Assembly: GCA_041492755.1 (NCBI GenBank)
Contig: JBGPXN010000063.1
Location: 1-25,325 of the forward strand
DNA length: 25,325 nucleotides
Direction: 5' to 3'
Source of the DNA: Candidatus Methylomirabilia bacterium
GTDB taxonomy: Bacteria; Methylomirabilota; Methylomirabilia; Rokubacteriales; CSP1-6
A program made the position numbers and the translations under genes. Within the stretch, counting starts at the first letter, position 1; every line of letters begins with the position of its first letter. The notes beneath the pieces were generated by a model. It had not been told where the DNA came from. It did no database searches and saw only the letters and a program-made list of their open reading frames with translations. Shown here in pieces: positions 1 through 8,234 of this stretch.

Positions 1-825
1 CTCCAGGAGCTCGGTTATGTCGAGCAGCAGAACGTCGTCTACCTGGGCCGGTGGGCCGACGCCAAACAGAATCGGCTCCCTGGGCTCGCGGCCGAGCTCG
101 TCGGACTCAAAGTTGACGTCATCGTGACGCAAGGCGGTCCGGCGTCCGCGGCGGCCAAGCAGGCGACCTCGTCGATCCCGATCGTGTTGGCCCAGGTCGG
201 TGATGCCGACGGCATCGGCTTGATCGAGAGCCTCGCGCGGCCCGGGGGCAACGTGACCGGCGTTACCGATCAGTCTGTCGAGCTCAGTGCGAAACGTTTG
301 GAGTTCCTCAGGGAAGCCGTGCCGAAAGCGGCGCGCATCGCTGTGCTTTGGAACGCGGACGATCGGGGGATGACGTTGCGCTACCGGGAAGTGGAGAAGG
401 CCGCCCAGATGCTGCACGTCACGGTGCAGCCGCTTGGCGTCCGCGAGCCGAACGACTTCGATGCCGCATTTTCGGCCATGAGTCTCAATCGCCCCGATGC
501 GCTGTTCCTGGTCACGGATGCACTGACGTCGCTCAACCGAAAGCGCGTCATCGACTTTGCGCTCGTGCACCGGATTCCCGCCATGTATGAGTTCAGCTTC
601 CTCGTCCGGGACGGCGGATTGATGTCGTATGGCGCGAACCAGGATGACAACTATCGCCGGGCCGCGAGCTACGTGGATCGGATCTTCAAGGGAGCCGCAC
701 CGAGCGCCCTGCCTGTCGAGCGGCCGAGCCGATACTACCTCACCATCAACCTGAAGACGGCGAGGGCGCTCAGCCTGACGATTCCGCCGTCGCTGCTGCT
801 ACGGGCGGATCAGGTGATCGAGTGA
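1..825 (+). CDS. ABC transporter substrate-binding protein (ABC_sub_bind type), 5'-partial
   Basis: Frame 1 is open from base 1: LQELGYVEQQNV...LAAELVGLKVDVIVT...GLIESLARPGGNVTG...GGLMSYG...LPVERPSRYYLTINLKTARALSLTIPPSLLLRADQVIE*, the typical motifs of this family. Confidence 0.93.
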   Translation, partial: LQELGYVEQQNVVYLGRWADAKQNRLPGLAAELVGLKVDVIVTQGGPASAAAKQATSSIPIVLAQVGDADGIGLIESLARPGGNVTGVTDQSVELSAKRLEFLREAVPKAARIAVLWNADDRGMTLRYREVEKAAQMLHVTVQPLGVREPNDFDAAFSAMSLNRPDALFLVTDALTSLNRKRVIDFALVHRIPAMYEFSFLVRDGGLMSYGANQDDNYRRAASYVDRIFKGAAPSALPVERPSRYYLTINLKTARALSLTIPPSLLLRADQVIE

Positions 826-876
826 CGCTCGGGTGACCATTGGAACCCTGACAGACCCCCGGAAGCTGCTCCTGCC

Positions 877-903
877 TTTTCCACAACAAACGGGACACCA
901 CCC
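877..903. mobile_element. Possible isolated IS256-family terminal inverted-repeat remnant
   Basis: The minus strand reads GGGTGGTGTCCCGTTTGTTGTGGAAAA, resembling recalled IS256-type ends. It sits exactly where a signal-peptide-bearing SBP fragment breaks off. No partner IR or transposase is present. Confidence 0.3.
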
Positions 904-904
904 C

Positions 905-1020
905 AACGCAACGGTGATCGCCCAGGTGAGCTGCCCCTCGGGCGGGGCGGCGGGCGCGGGCACGCGTGCGCAGAGAAAGACGACGAGCGCGAATCCGACG
1001 AGACCGAGCGTGCGCTCAAG
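905..1020 (-). pseudogene. N-terminal remnant of a peptide/nickel-type (family 5) ABC substrate-binding protein
   Basis: ERTLGLVGFALVVFLCARVPAPAAPPEGQLTWAITVAL is a hydrophobic signal peptide plus an 'APEGQLTWA' mature N-terminus. The sequence breaks off after this and there is no clear start. Confidence 0.55.
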
Positions 1021-1033
1021 ATGGTGAAAGCTA

Positions 1034-1227
1034 CGAAGCCGTAGAGCTTGGCGACGTTGCCGCGCGTGATCTTGAATCGGTCGTCCGGGCTCGCGTCCTT
1101 GAAGTCTCGCGCGACCACGTCCTGTGAGTGCGGCCACGACGAGGCCTGGTGGGGGTAGTCGGAGGACCACATCATGCGATCCACGCCGACGAAGTGGCGG
1201 TTGACGGCGCCCACGTAGTCGTCGATG
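1034..1227 (-). pseudogene. C-terminal remnant of a metal-dependent amidohydrolase (Amidohydro_2-like)
   Basis: IDDYVGAVNRHFVGVDRMMWSSDYPHQASSWPHSQ...KITRGNVAKLYGF carries the WxSDYPH and GNxxxLY motifs. Most of the N-terminal part is missing. Confidence 0.8.
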
Positions 1228-1228
1228 T

Positions 1229-1800
1229 GCAGACCTCGACCTCTCTGACCTGACTCAAAGCGGACGGACTAGCGGGTTCCCAAAGGATAGCAACGCGAGA
1301 CATCGTAGGAACAAGCTGCTTGAGCAGATCGAGACGCTTGCCGCCCAGTCCCAGGGAGGCATCGACGAGACCCGTAACGTTTCCGCCGGGCCGCGCCAGG
1401 CTGGCAACAAGACCCTGCCGCACGGGATCACCACTGGCATTCGCCATTACGATTGGGATCGTGTTGGTCGTCCGCTTCGCCGCCAGAGCTGCAGCGATGC
1501 CCGCCGTGACCAGAATGTCAACCTTCAGACGGACCAGTTCGGCGGCAAGGTTGGGTAACCGATCGAGCTTCCCGGCTACAAACCGCCACTCGATAGCGAT
1601 GTTCCGTCCATCAACATACCCATGCTCGCGCAATCCGTTCAGGAATGCCGCCTCGCGGGCGCCCTTCTCGGACCGGTTTGACAGATAACCCATGCGGACA
1701 ACTTTCGTCTGCTGCGCAAAGACGGGGTTCGCCGCGAACGCGATCGCGGGCATTGCCGCAGCGAGGAGAAACTCGCGTCGCGTTGAGCGGCGCCCTGTGT
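1229..1800 (-). pseudogene. ABC substrate-binding protein (ABC_sub_bind type), 3'-truncated
   Basis: TRREFLLAAA (Tat-like) ...MGYLS...GLREHGYVDGRNIAIEWRF...LAAELVRLKVDILVT...GLVASLARPGGNVTG...KRLDLLKQLVP...REVEV. It then runs out of frame into the amidohydrolase remnant, and the C-terminal part is absent. The start position is approximate. Confidence 0.8.
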
Positions 1801-1878
1801 CCGCCCCAACGCGACGACGTAAACGGTGGCCATCAGAATCTGCTGCTGCGAAAGCAACTCGAATGACGGGAGAGGCCA

Positions 1879-3026
1879 TGCGACGAGTGGAAACGGGCCG
1901 AGCGGTCTGGATCGCCGGAGCCGGAATCCTCGCGGTGATCATGCTTCTCGCTGGATGTCTCCCCGCATTGCGCGGCGACGGCGCCGGGTCGGGGGAGTGG
2001 CCCAGCTACGGCAACGACGCCGGCGGCACCCGGTACTCGCCGCTGAGCCAGATCGCTCGGGAGAACGTCAGCCGGCTCCGTGTCGCGTGGACCTACCGCA
2101 CAGAAGAGGTCGGCGGCGCGAGCCCCTGGAGTCACACCGCCTTCGAAGCCACGCTGCTCATGGTGGACGGCACGCTCTTCCTCAGCACGCCCTACAACCG
2201 CGTGATCGCCCTCGATCCCGAGACCGGCAAGGCGCGCTGGACCTACGACCCGAAGGTCGATCGCACGCGCCGGCTCGTCGTGTGACCTCGCGCGGTGTCT
2301 CGACGTGGCTCGACGCCGAGGCCCGCGCCGGGCAGGCGTGTCGCCGGCGCATCTTCACCGGCACCATCGACGCGCGCCTCATCGCGCTCGACGCGGCCAC
2401 CGGCGCACCCTGCGCCGACTTCGGCCGGAACGGCGAGGTCGATCTGACGGGAGGGATCAGGGTCGTCGACGACCGTTGCTGCTACCAGGTCACGTCTCCG
2501 CCCGCCATCGTGAACGGGCTCGTCGCGCGAACGGTTCTGGCGAACGCTGGCTACCGCCCAGCGGCCAGGCCGCGGGTTCGGCGCCCAGCACGGCACGCCC
2601 TACGCGATGTACAGCGGGCCCTTGCTGTCGCCGCTCGGCCTGCCCTGCAATCCACCGCCGGGGGGCGCCCTCACCGCGGTCGATCTCGCCACCGGCGACG
2701 TGCGCTGGGAGGTGCCGCTCGGCACGACCCCGGAGGTGTCGATGATGGCCCAGGCGCGCGAATGGGGCTCGTTCAACCTCGGAGGCTCGCTCACGACCGC
2801 GGGCGGGCTGGTGTTCGTGGCGGCGGCGCGCGACACGACGTTCCGCGCCTTCGACGTGGAGACCGGCAACGTGCTGTGGAGCGCGGAGCTGCCGGCCAGC
2901 GCACAGGCGACGCCCATGACGTATCGAGCCGCGAGCGGCAAGCAGTTCGTCGTCATCGCCGCCGGCGGCCACAGCGGAATCGGCACGAAGATGGGTGATC
3001 ACGTCGTCGCGTTCACGCTGCCGTAG
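1879..3026 (+). pseudogene. PQQ-dependent (quinoprotein glucose dehydrogenase-like) dehydrogenase, frameshifted and internally deleted
   Basis: Three frames carry consecutive motifs: EWPSYGNDAGGTRYSPLSQI...FEATLL...VIALDPETGK (to 2285); VTSRGVS...DARLIALDAATG.PC.DFG.NG.VDL...VTSPPAIV (2282-2524); GTPYAM...PLGLPCNPPP.G.LTAVDL.TG...GGSLTTAGGLVF...ATPMTY...GKQFVVIAAGGH (2526-3026). There is a frameshift near 2282, and the middle of the beta-propeller is missing near 2525. Confidence 0.88.
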
Positions 3027-3206
3027 GCTTCCTCACGGGGATCAGTGGCCGGGATCGGCGGTCAGCCACCGATCCTGCTCGACAGGTGTCGTGTCCGTCG
3101 GCGCCGGTCCGGGATGCGCGGTCAGCAATGTAACCGTCTGAAACATTGGACGCTGACACCGGGCCAGGCTAGCGGCAAGATGCCCGGGTGCTGCACGGAG
3201 GCTACA

Positions 3207-3755
3207 ATGGAGGCCGTGAAAGTCGTGCTGACGTACGCCGACTACGTGGCGCTGCCCGATGACGGTAAGCGCTACGAGATCCTCGATGGCGAGCTCTCGG
3301 TGACCGCGGCGCCGGGCCGGACGCATCAGCGGGTCGTGGGCACACTCTTCAGTCTCTTCGATACCCACGTCCGGGCACGCGGGCTCGGCGAGGTCTACGT
3401 GAGCCCATTCGACGTGATCCTCCACGATACGTCGATCGTCCAGCCCGACATCGTGTACGTCGCCACCGCGCGCCTCGGGATCATCAGCGAGCGCGGCGTT
3501 GGAGGCACCCCCACGCTCGCGGTCGAGGTCATCTCACCGTCCAGCGGGCAAATCGACCGCCACACCAAGCTGCAGCTCTACGGGCGGTACGGGGTGCCTC
3601 ACTTCTGGATCGTCGATCCCTTCGCTCGCTCGATCGACACGCACGTCTTGCAGTCCGTCGGTTACGTGTTGGCGGCCCGCGCGGCCGGTGACGAACCGCT
3701 CCGCGCCGAGCCCTTCCCCGACCTTACGATTCCGCTCACGTCGCTCTGGGCCTAG
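3207..3755 (+). CDS. Uma2 (DUF820) family PD-(D/E)XK endonuclease
   Basis: LTYADYVALPDDGKRYEILDGEL...P...HQRVV...VQPDIVYV...PTLAVEVISPS...DR..KLQLY..YGVPHFWIVDP. The start is ATG 3207, or GTG 3216 after GGAGG. Confidence 0.92.
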   Translation: MEAVKVVLTYADYVALPDDGKRYEILDGELSVTAAPGRTHQRVVGTLFSLFDTHVRARGLGEVYVSPFDVILHDTSIVQPDIVYVATARLGIISERGVGGTPTLAVEVISPSSGQIDRHTKLQLYGRYGVPHFWIVDPFARSIDTHVLQSVGYVLAARAAGDEPLRAEPFPDLTIPLTSLWA

Positions 3756-3773
3756 CCCGGCGCGGCACATCGC

Positions 3774-3917
3774 TCAGCGCTGGTTCAGCGCGCGATCGGC
3801 GACCTCGACGGTCTTCTCCAGGTGGCCACGGATCTCGGCCAGCCCCGAGGGGATGCCCTTGCTCGTGATGGTCGCGCGCGTGTCGGCGAGGAACTGGTCC
3901 AGCGTGTAGTGGCTCAT
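3774..3917 (-). pseudogene. 47-aa ORF, probable internally deleted cupin/cysteine-dioxygenase-like gene
   Basis: MSHYTLDQFLADTRATITSKGIPSGLAEIRGHLEKTVEVADRALNQR*. It has an ATGA overlap with the hydrolase stop, and the N-terminus 'YTLDQF..D.R' resembles CDO-like cupins that are normally much longer. It is not in the ORF track. Confidence 0.5.
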
Positions 3918-4774
3918 CGCGCGGCTCCTTTCCACGGTCCGTAGCGTCCGCTCTCGACCGAGGTCAGGAACTCGGCGACGAGCAGGTTAAACAGCCCCGG
4001 CTCCTCGATGTTCACCGTGTGGCCGGTCATCGGCACCACCACGAGGCCGGCGTGCGGGATGTGCTTCTTCATGAAGAGCCCCGGCCCCAGGCAGGGCTCG
4101 TCCTGGTCGCCGACGACGATCAGCGACGGCGCCGCGATGTTCCTCAGCTCGGACTCCAGTTGGTAGATGGTCTTGCGCTTCATCTGGACGCCGCGCGCCA
4201 TGAGGGCCGAGCCGACGCCGGAGTGATCGAGCACGTTGCGCATGAACTCCGCGTGGCCGCGGGGATCTTTCTCGGCGAAGCCGCGGCGGGCGGGGTTGGC
4301 GGCGAAGTTCCGCGCCTTGGCCTCGGCGCCCTCCTTCTCGTAGAGGTCGGCCTGCCGGGCGGCGTTCTTGACGAACTCCTCGGGGTTGTCGCTGCCGCTG
4401 CCGGCGCCGCAGATGACGAGGCTGGCGACCAGATCGGGATGACGGATGCCGAAGTTGACGGTCACGCCCCCGCCCAGCGAGAGGCCGCCGACGTGCGCGT
4501 GGCGGATGCCGAGGTGCTGCATGAGCGCGCGCAGGTCCTCCACCAGGATCTCGACCGAGTAGGCGTCGCCGTCCTTGGGCACCTCCGACGGCGGATAGCC
4601 GCGGTAGTTCCAGGTCACCACCCGGTAGCGCCTGGAGAAGTACCGCACCTGCTGCTCCCAGGAACGGTAGTCGCCCCCGTACTCGTGGCACCAGATGAGC
4701 GGGAAGCCCTGGCCGGTCTCTTCGTAGTAGAGATCGATGGGGCCGGTGACGGACGCGAGGCGAGCGGTCGGCAT
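3914..4774 (-). CDS. Alpha/beta hydrolase
   Basis: HEYGGD oxyanion region, GLSLGG nucleophile elbow, GDQD acid, GHTVN catalytic His; GGAGGAG RBS upstream. Confidence 0.93.
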   Translation of the reverse strand: MPTARLASVTGPIDLYYEETGQGFPLIWCHEYGGDYRSWEQQVRYFSRRYRVVTWNYRGYPPSEVPKDGDAYSVEILVEDLRALMQHLGIRHAHVGGLSLGGGVTVNFGIRHPDLVASLVICGAGSGSDNPEEFVKNAARQADLYEKEGAEAKARNFAANPARRGFAEKDPRGHAEFMRNVLDHSGVGSALMARGVQMKRKTIYQLESELRNIAAPSLIVVGDQDEPCLGPGLFMKKHIPHAGLVVVPMTGHTVNIEEPGLFNLLVAEFLTSVESGRYGPWKGAAR

Positions 4775-4828
4775 GACTCCTCCCGTGCCACGAGGAATGT
4801 GGGCGCATCATACCACCGGGCCCGGGAG

Positions 4829-5479
4829 TTACCGCGCCGCGGCGGCGCTCATCGCCGCGGCCAGGATGGGCTTGGCCCAGTTCGGCGCCTCCGCCAGCGG
4901 GCACGAGCGCACGATCTTGCCTCGTCGCATGTGCAGGGCGAGCGTCGGCTCGGGGGCGACGCCGGCGTGCGGGTCGGCCTCCGCGCTGTTGTCGTAGACG
5001 CGAAGCTCGGTGAGGTGGGGTAAGAGACGAATCAGATTGAGACGGCTGCTGTCGTAGCGCGCGCGGACCTGATCCTCGGGGATGTCGTGCCCGCCCCTCG
5101 CCACCCGCGCCCGCACCCGGGCGATGTGCAGCTCCGAGCCTTCGAGGCCGACGTACCACACGCGCACCGCGACCCCCGCCGTCATTGCCCGCTGGAGTAA
5201 CGTCGCGATCGTGGTGCCGCCGAGCGTCGTCTCGAACGCGAACGTCTTGCGCTCGGCGATGGCCCGCTCCAGCAGGCGCCGGCCCTGATGCCAGGCGGCG
5301 CTGTTCGCCTCGGTCTGGCCGAGGCCGGGGTTGCGGGCGAGGATCAGCCGCGCGGCCTGGTCGGGGTTGAAGCACTCCACCCCCGATCGGCGAAACGCGG
5401 CGCCGGCGAGGCTGCTCTTGCCGGCACCGTTCGTTCCCGCCAGGACGTAGATGCAGGGTTCCGGCGCTTCATCAGCCAC
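4829..5479 (-). CDS. Zeta-toxin/AAA_33-like P-loop kinase (COG4185-like)
   Basis: Walker A AGTNGAGKSS, FNPD, FAFETTLGG, RVARGGHDIP and VYDNS motifs; overlaps the upstream Phd gene. Confidence 0.88.
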   Translation of the reverse strand: MADEAPEPCIYVLAGTNGAGKSSLAGAAFRRSGVECFNPDQAARLILARNPGLGQTEANSAAWHQGRRLLERAIAERKTFAFETTLGGTTIATLLQRAMTAGVAVRVWYVGLEGSELHIARVRARVARGGHDIPEDQVRARYDSSRLNLIRLLPHLTELRVYDNSAEADPHAGVAPEPTLALHMRRGKIVRSCPLAEAPNWAKPILAAAMSAAAAR

Positions 5480-5846
5480 GCGTGCGCGCGGCCGCCACCG
5501 CGGCCTTGCCCAGCTCCTTCGGCGAGGCGCCGAACGCCGCCTTCATCCGGGCCCGCGCCTTCGGCGTCTGCATCCGCGCGAGCATCGCGTCGAAGTCCGC
5601 GGTCAACGCGTCGAGCGTGCGCCCCGTCGCCTTCGTGAGCGCGTTGAACTCATCCACCGAAATCAGAATCGCCTTCGGCACATCGTGCTTGGTGATGACG
5701 ACCACGCCCCCCTGGAGCACCAGTTCCAGGACGCGCCCGAGCTGCTTCTTGGCGTCGGTCGCGGTGAACGACGACGGCGGCTCTCCCCGCCGATTACGGA
5801 ACTCGACGATGGGATCGGGTGGGCGAGCGGCGCTGGCAGGGCTCAC
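5472..5846 (-). CDS. Phd/YefM family antitoxin
   Basis: SFTATDAKKQLGRVLELVLQGGVVVITKHDVPKAILISVDEF is the Phd N-terminal motif; AGGAGG RBS before the GTG. Confidence 0.88.
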   Translation of the reverse strand: MSPASAARPPDPIVEFRNRRGEPPSSFTATDAKKQLGRVLELVLQGGVVVITKHDVPKAILISVDEFNALTKATGRTLDALTADFDAMLARMQTPKARARMKAAFGASPKELGKAAVAAARTRG

Positions 5847-5870
5847 GGCTTGGCCTCCTTGGAGCTCATA

Positions 5871-5888
5871 TTAGTCGTTTTGGGCTAA
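5871..5888. promoter_or_regulatory. Putative Phd autorepression operator
   Basis: Imperfect palindrome TTAGTC-N6-GGCTAA about 25 bp upstream of the phd start. Confidence 0.5.
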
Positions 5889-5932
5889 ACGAGCAAACTG
5901 GCCTCCGGGGGAGGCAGGAGCAAGACACCCGG

Positions 5933-6353
5933 CCCTTCTCGGACACGTCCACTCCGGCCCGCCCTCGTTCTCGCTCGCCTCAGGCCCGGCGGGTGCCGCT
6001 GGCCCGCGCTCGGCGCTTCGGACAACCGGGCAGCGCTCCCGAAAGATAGGCCAGCCGGGCGGGGCGGGCGGCGAACGAACTGGGGCGCATGGCGGTTGGT
6101 GGCAGAACAGTCGAAGCGAGTAGTCAGGGCGGTGAGCAGTCAGGGCTGCTCGACGATCGAGACGGGGAGGCAAGCAGAGCCTCGATGACCCGCGGATCGT
6201 GCAAGAGGGCGATCAGCCGCAGCCGGCCCCTGTATAGCAGGCTAGCGGCCAGCGTGGCAAACCGGAGGCGCACGACAACGAGCGGCGGCGAGAGGGGCGG
6301 GGGCGGCGCCAGGGCGCCCGTGTCCGAGAAGGGGCTTTATGTCGCCTATGCTC
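5933..6353. mobile_element. IS91-family (rolling-circle) remnant: transposase C-terminal tail plus two oppositely oriented element ends
   Basis: Minus strand 6234-6124 reads YRGRLRLIALLHDPRVIEALLAS...SPP*, matching the 'GGRLRLIAxxxDPxVI' tail of IS91-like transposases. There is a perfect 15-bp inverted repeat CCCTTCTCGGACACG (5933-5947) / CGTGTCCGAGAAGGG (6319-6333). The right copy continues GCTTTATGTCGCCTATGC, which resembles an oriIS (TTT..CCTAT). Confidence 0.6.
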
Positions 6354-6389
6354 TAGGTCTAGCGCGGAGCGCATCGGAGGCCGAACGGG

Positions 6390-6935
6390 CTACAGTCGGG
6401 TTCCATTAACTTTCTTGAGTCCGGACTCCCTCAGCAGCGCCCGGACGTCCCTTTCGCCAATGGGCCTACCGCGGAGCGGTCCCCGGGGCGAATACCGCGG
6501 CATGTCGATTCCGAACTTGTCAGGGACGATGGGCGGATCGAAAAGGCGGATACTCTGGAGGCGTAAATAGCCGAAAAGAAAATTGTCGCCAACTGGTTCT
6601 GGGCGATAGCTAAAATTCTGGATGTCAGCGATGAGACCCTCTTTGCTGCATGCACCTAGCCGCTCACCAAACGTCTGCCACGCCTGCCCAATTGAATCGG
6701 AATCGCGTGCTACCACGCGCCCAACACCGCGGATGCTGCGGCCACCCGCTGGGCGCTCATGCCGTACAGTCTGGGACCACAGGACGTAGAAAAACAGGTA
6801 GGACCCTGGAGAGAGCCGCCGCTCCGGCTCAACAGAAGGCTCCCAGAACACGGCCGTCCTCCAGATTTTCTTCTTCTTTCGGATGAAGTTGAACCATTCG
6901 AATGCCGTATAGGCGATGTATCCGGTCAACGGCAC
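6390..6935 (-). CDS. Stand-alone PUA/EVE-like domain protein resembling the N-terminal domain of HNH restriction endonucleases, without the HNH domain
   Basis: YIAYTAFEWFNFIR...AVFWEPS...LSPGSYLFFY...IRGVGRV...AWQTFGERLGA.S...I...GYLRLQSIRLFD parallels the recalled 'TDxxWFxFL..NFWxP..LxPGxxFLF..GxGxF..AWxxFGxxNG' domain. The start is GTG 6935 or TTG 6929 (AGGAAG upstream). GC is visibly lower than in the flanks. Confidence 0.6.
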   Translation of the reverse strand: MPLTGYIAYTAFEWFNFIRKKKKIWRTAVFWEPSVEPERRLSPGSYLFFYVLWSQTVRHERPAGGRSIRGVGRVVARDSDSIGQAWQTFGERLGACSKEGLIADIQNFSYRPEPVGDNFLFGYLRLQSIRLFDPPIVPDKFGIDMPRYSPRGPLRGRPIGERDVRALLRESGLKKVNGTRL

Positions 6936-7074
6936 TTCCTGTCGATGGTCAGAAGGAAGGGGGGACATAATAATTGTTGGTCCTCCCTGTCCGTGTCTCG
7001 TCAATGTTTGTGGTAATAGCGTCTCGATTGCGGAGGTCGAAGGCACTTGCTTGAAGACTCTTGGTCAGCAGCGA

Positions 7075-7503
7075 TCACTCACGCAGGAGGGCGCGAAACC
7101 CCGCCTGCACGAAATGAATGTCTGCGGTGAGTGCGCTGTCGAGGGCGCGTTCCTTCATCACGACGAACGAGATGCAGTCGGTGAGACTCCAGTCCTTGTC
7201 GTGTCGCTCGGAGTACAACGCGAAGGCCCGCAAAAACATCGAGGCACTCCCCGCAACGGTCGTGATCGCGGAGTCGCTCCGCACGGCCCGGATGGCCTCG
7301 ATCGCCCAACGTCGCCGGTCGGCTCGGCATAGCGCGTCCGCGACTTCCGTGAGCACGGCCTCGGTCGTGACGAGAGGGCCCGTGCTTCGGGCCGACCAAT
7401 CGAGCGCGCGCTCGTGCCACTGGTCGTTCTTGTTCATGAGCGCGAGCCAGTACACAGTGTCCACGAAGAGAGGTGTCTGCGTGTTAGCGCTGCGACGCGC
7501 CAT
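7075..7503 (-). CDS. vapC: PIN-domain (VapC-like) toxin
   Basis: LFVDTVYWLAL...DQWH...LVTTEAVLTEV...DKDWSLTDCISFVVM...ALTADIHFVQAGF retains the PIN acidic residues. Confidence 0.92.
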   Translation of the reverse strand: MARRSANTQTPLFVDTVYWLALMNKNDQWHERALDWSARSTGPLVTTEAVLTEVADALCRADRRRWAIEAIRAVRSDSAITTVAGSASMFLRAFALYSERHDKDWSLTDCISFVVMKERALDSALTADIHFVQAGFRALLRE

Positions 7504-8224
7504 GGGCGTACACGTCGTGTCTCGTGGCGAAATCGCGCGGAAGCTCCGCTGGTCCACCGGCGGCCACGATCCGCCGCACCGACGCATGGCCCGGGGCGGT
7601 CGCTACGCGTCTTGCCTCCACCAGGAGGATCTCACCGTCTTGGAGGTCGACGGGGTCGAGGGGTTTGAGCACACCTCCCTTGACCTGAGCAAAGAAGTGG
7701 TGTGTCTCGGCGGCGGAGGCTGAGACCTTCGGTGACCCATGCCGCGCCGACGTTGCGCTCGCCGCCGGATCACCCGAACCCAGGAGCCACTTGACGTCGT
7801 GCCGGGCATCGGTCACATCGACGGGGCTCTCCCCGGGAATCTGCAGGAGGTACTGCTCGCCGCGGCGGACGAGATTCAGCTTGCGCTCGCCGCTCCGCCG
7901 GTCGGCCCCAAGCCTCGGCAGAAGTTCGAGCAGGCGGGCGGCGGTCAGCCCGAAGTCCAGGACGTCGTGTCCCGATTCACAAAGAAGGATCACGCCGATA
8001 GCTTGGCGCTCACGAAATTCGTGCTCTCTGATCCCGAACCACCAGTGGTCTCCTGCGGGGTGCTCGCTGGCGCCCAGGATTCCAACGACGCCGCTCGGCG
8101 TGCTCGCCCACCGCGCCCCCCGGCGCGCCCCCAAGGTAGCCGAAATCCCGCGGTTCGCGAGACCAGTCAGGTACTCGCACTTCTTCTCGTGCCACTTGTC
8201 GACCCGCCCCGAGGTTCGTTCCAC
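7484..8224 (-). CDS. Antitoxin fusion: uncharacterised N-terminal domain plus DUF104/AF2212-like antitoxin
   Basis: The C-terminal part FAQVKGGVLKPLDPVDLQDGEILLV...GPAELPRDFATRHDVYAHG has the DUF104 motif and the 'PxDx(S/A)xxHDxY' tail. It overlaps the vapC start. An N-terminal ~145 aa globular region and an Ala/Ser linker precede it. Confidence 0.75.
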   Translation of the reverse strand: MERTSGRVDKWHEKKCEYLTGLANRGISATLGARRGARWASTPSGVVGILGASEHPAGDHWWFGIREHEFRERQAIGVILLCESGHDVLDFGLTAARLLELLPRLGADRRSGERKLNLVRRGEQYLLQIPGESPVDVTDARHDVKWLLGSGDPAASATSARHGSPKVSASAAETHHFFAQVKGGVLKPLDPVDLQDGEILLVEARRVATAPGHASVRRIVAAGGPAELPRDFATRHDVYAHGASQR

Positions 8225-8234
8225 TAGCGGTTAC

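Noticed and set aside
1826..2998. 390-aa ORF as an intact PQQ dehydrogenase, or programmed frameshifting
   Set aside because: Only ~80 codons of this frame are homologous, there is no slippery sequence at 2282, and the central propeller is missing, so a pseudogene is the simpler reading.
3166..6249. CAGGCTAGCGGC occurring at 3166 and 6238
   Set aside because: A 12-bp match that does not bracket a coherent element and may be chance.
6089..6409. 106-aa plus-strand ORF and 5871-6173 minus-strand ORF in the intergenic region
   Set aside because: Neither looks protein-like; the region is better explained as IS91-like remnant DNA.
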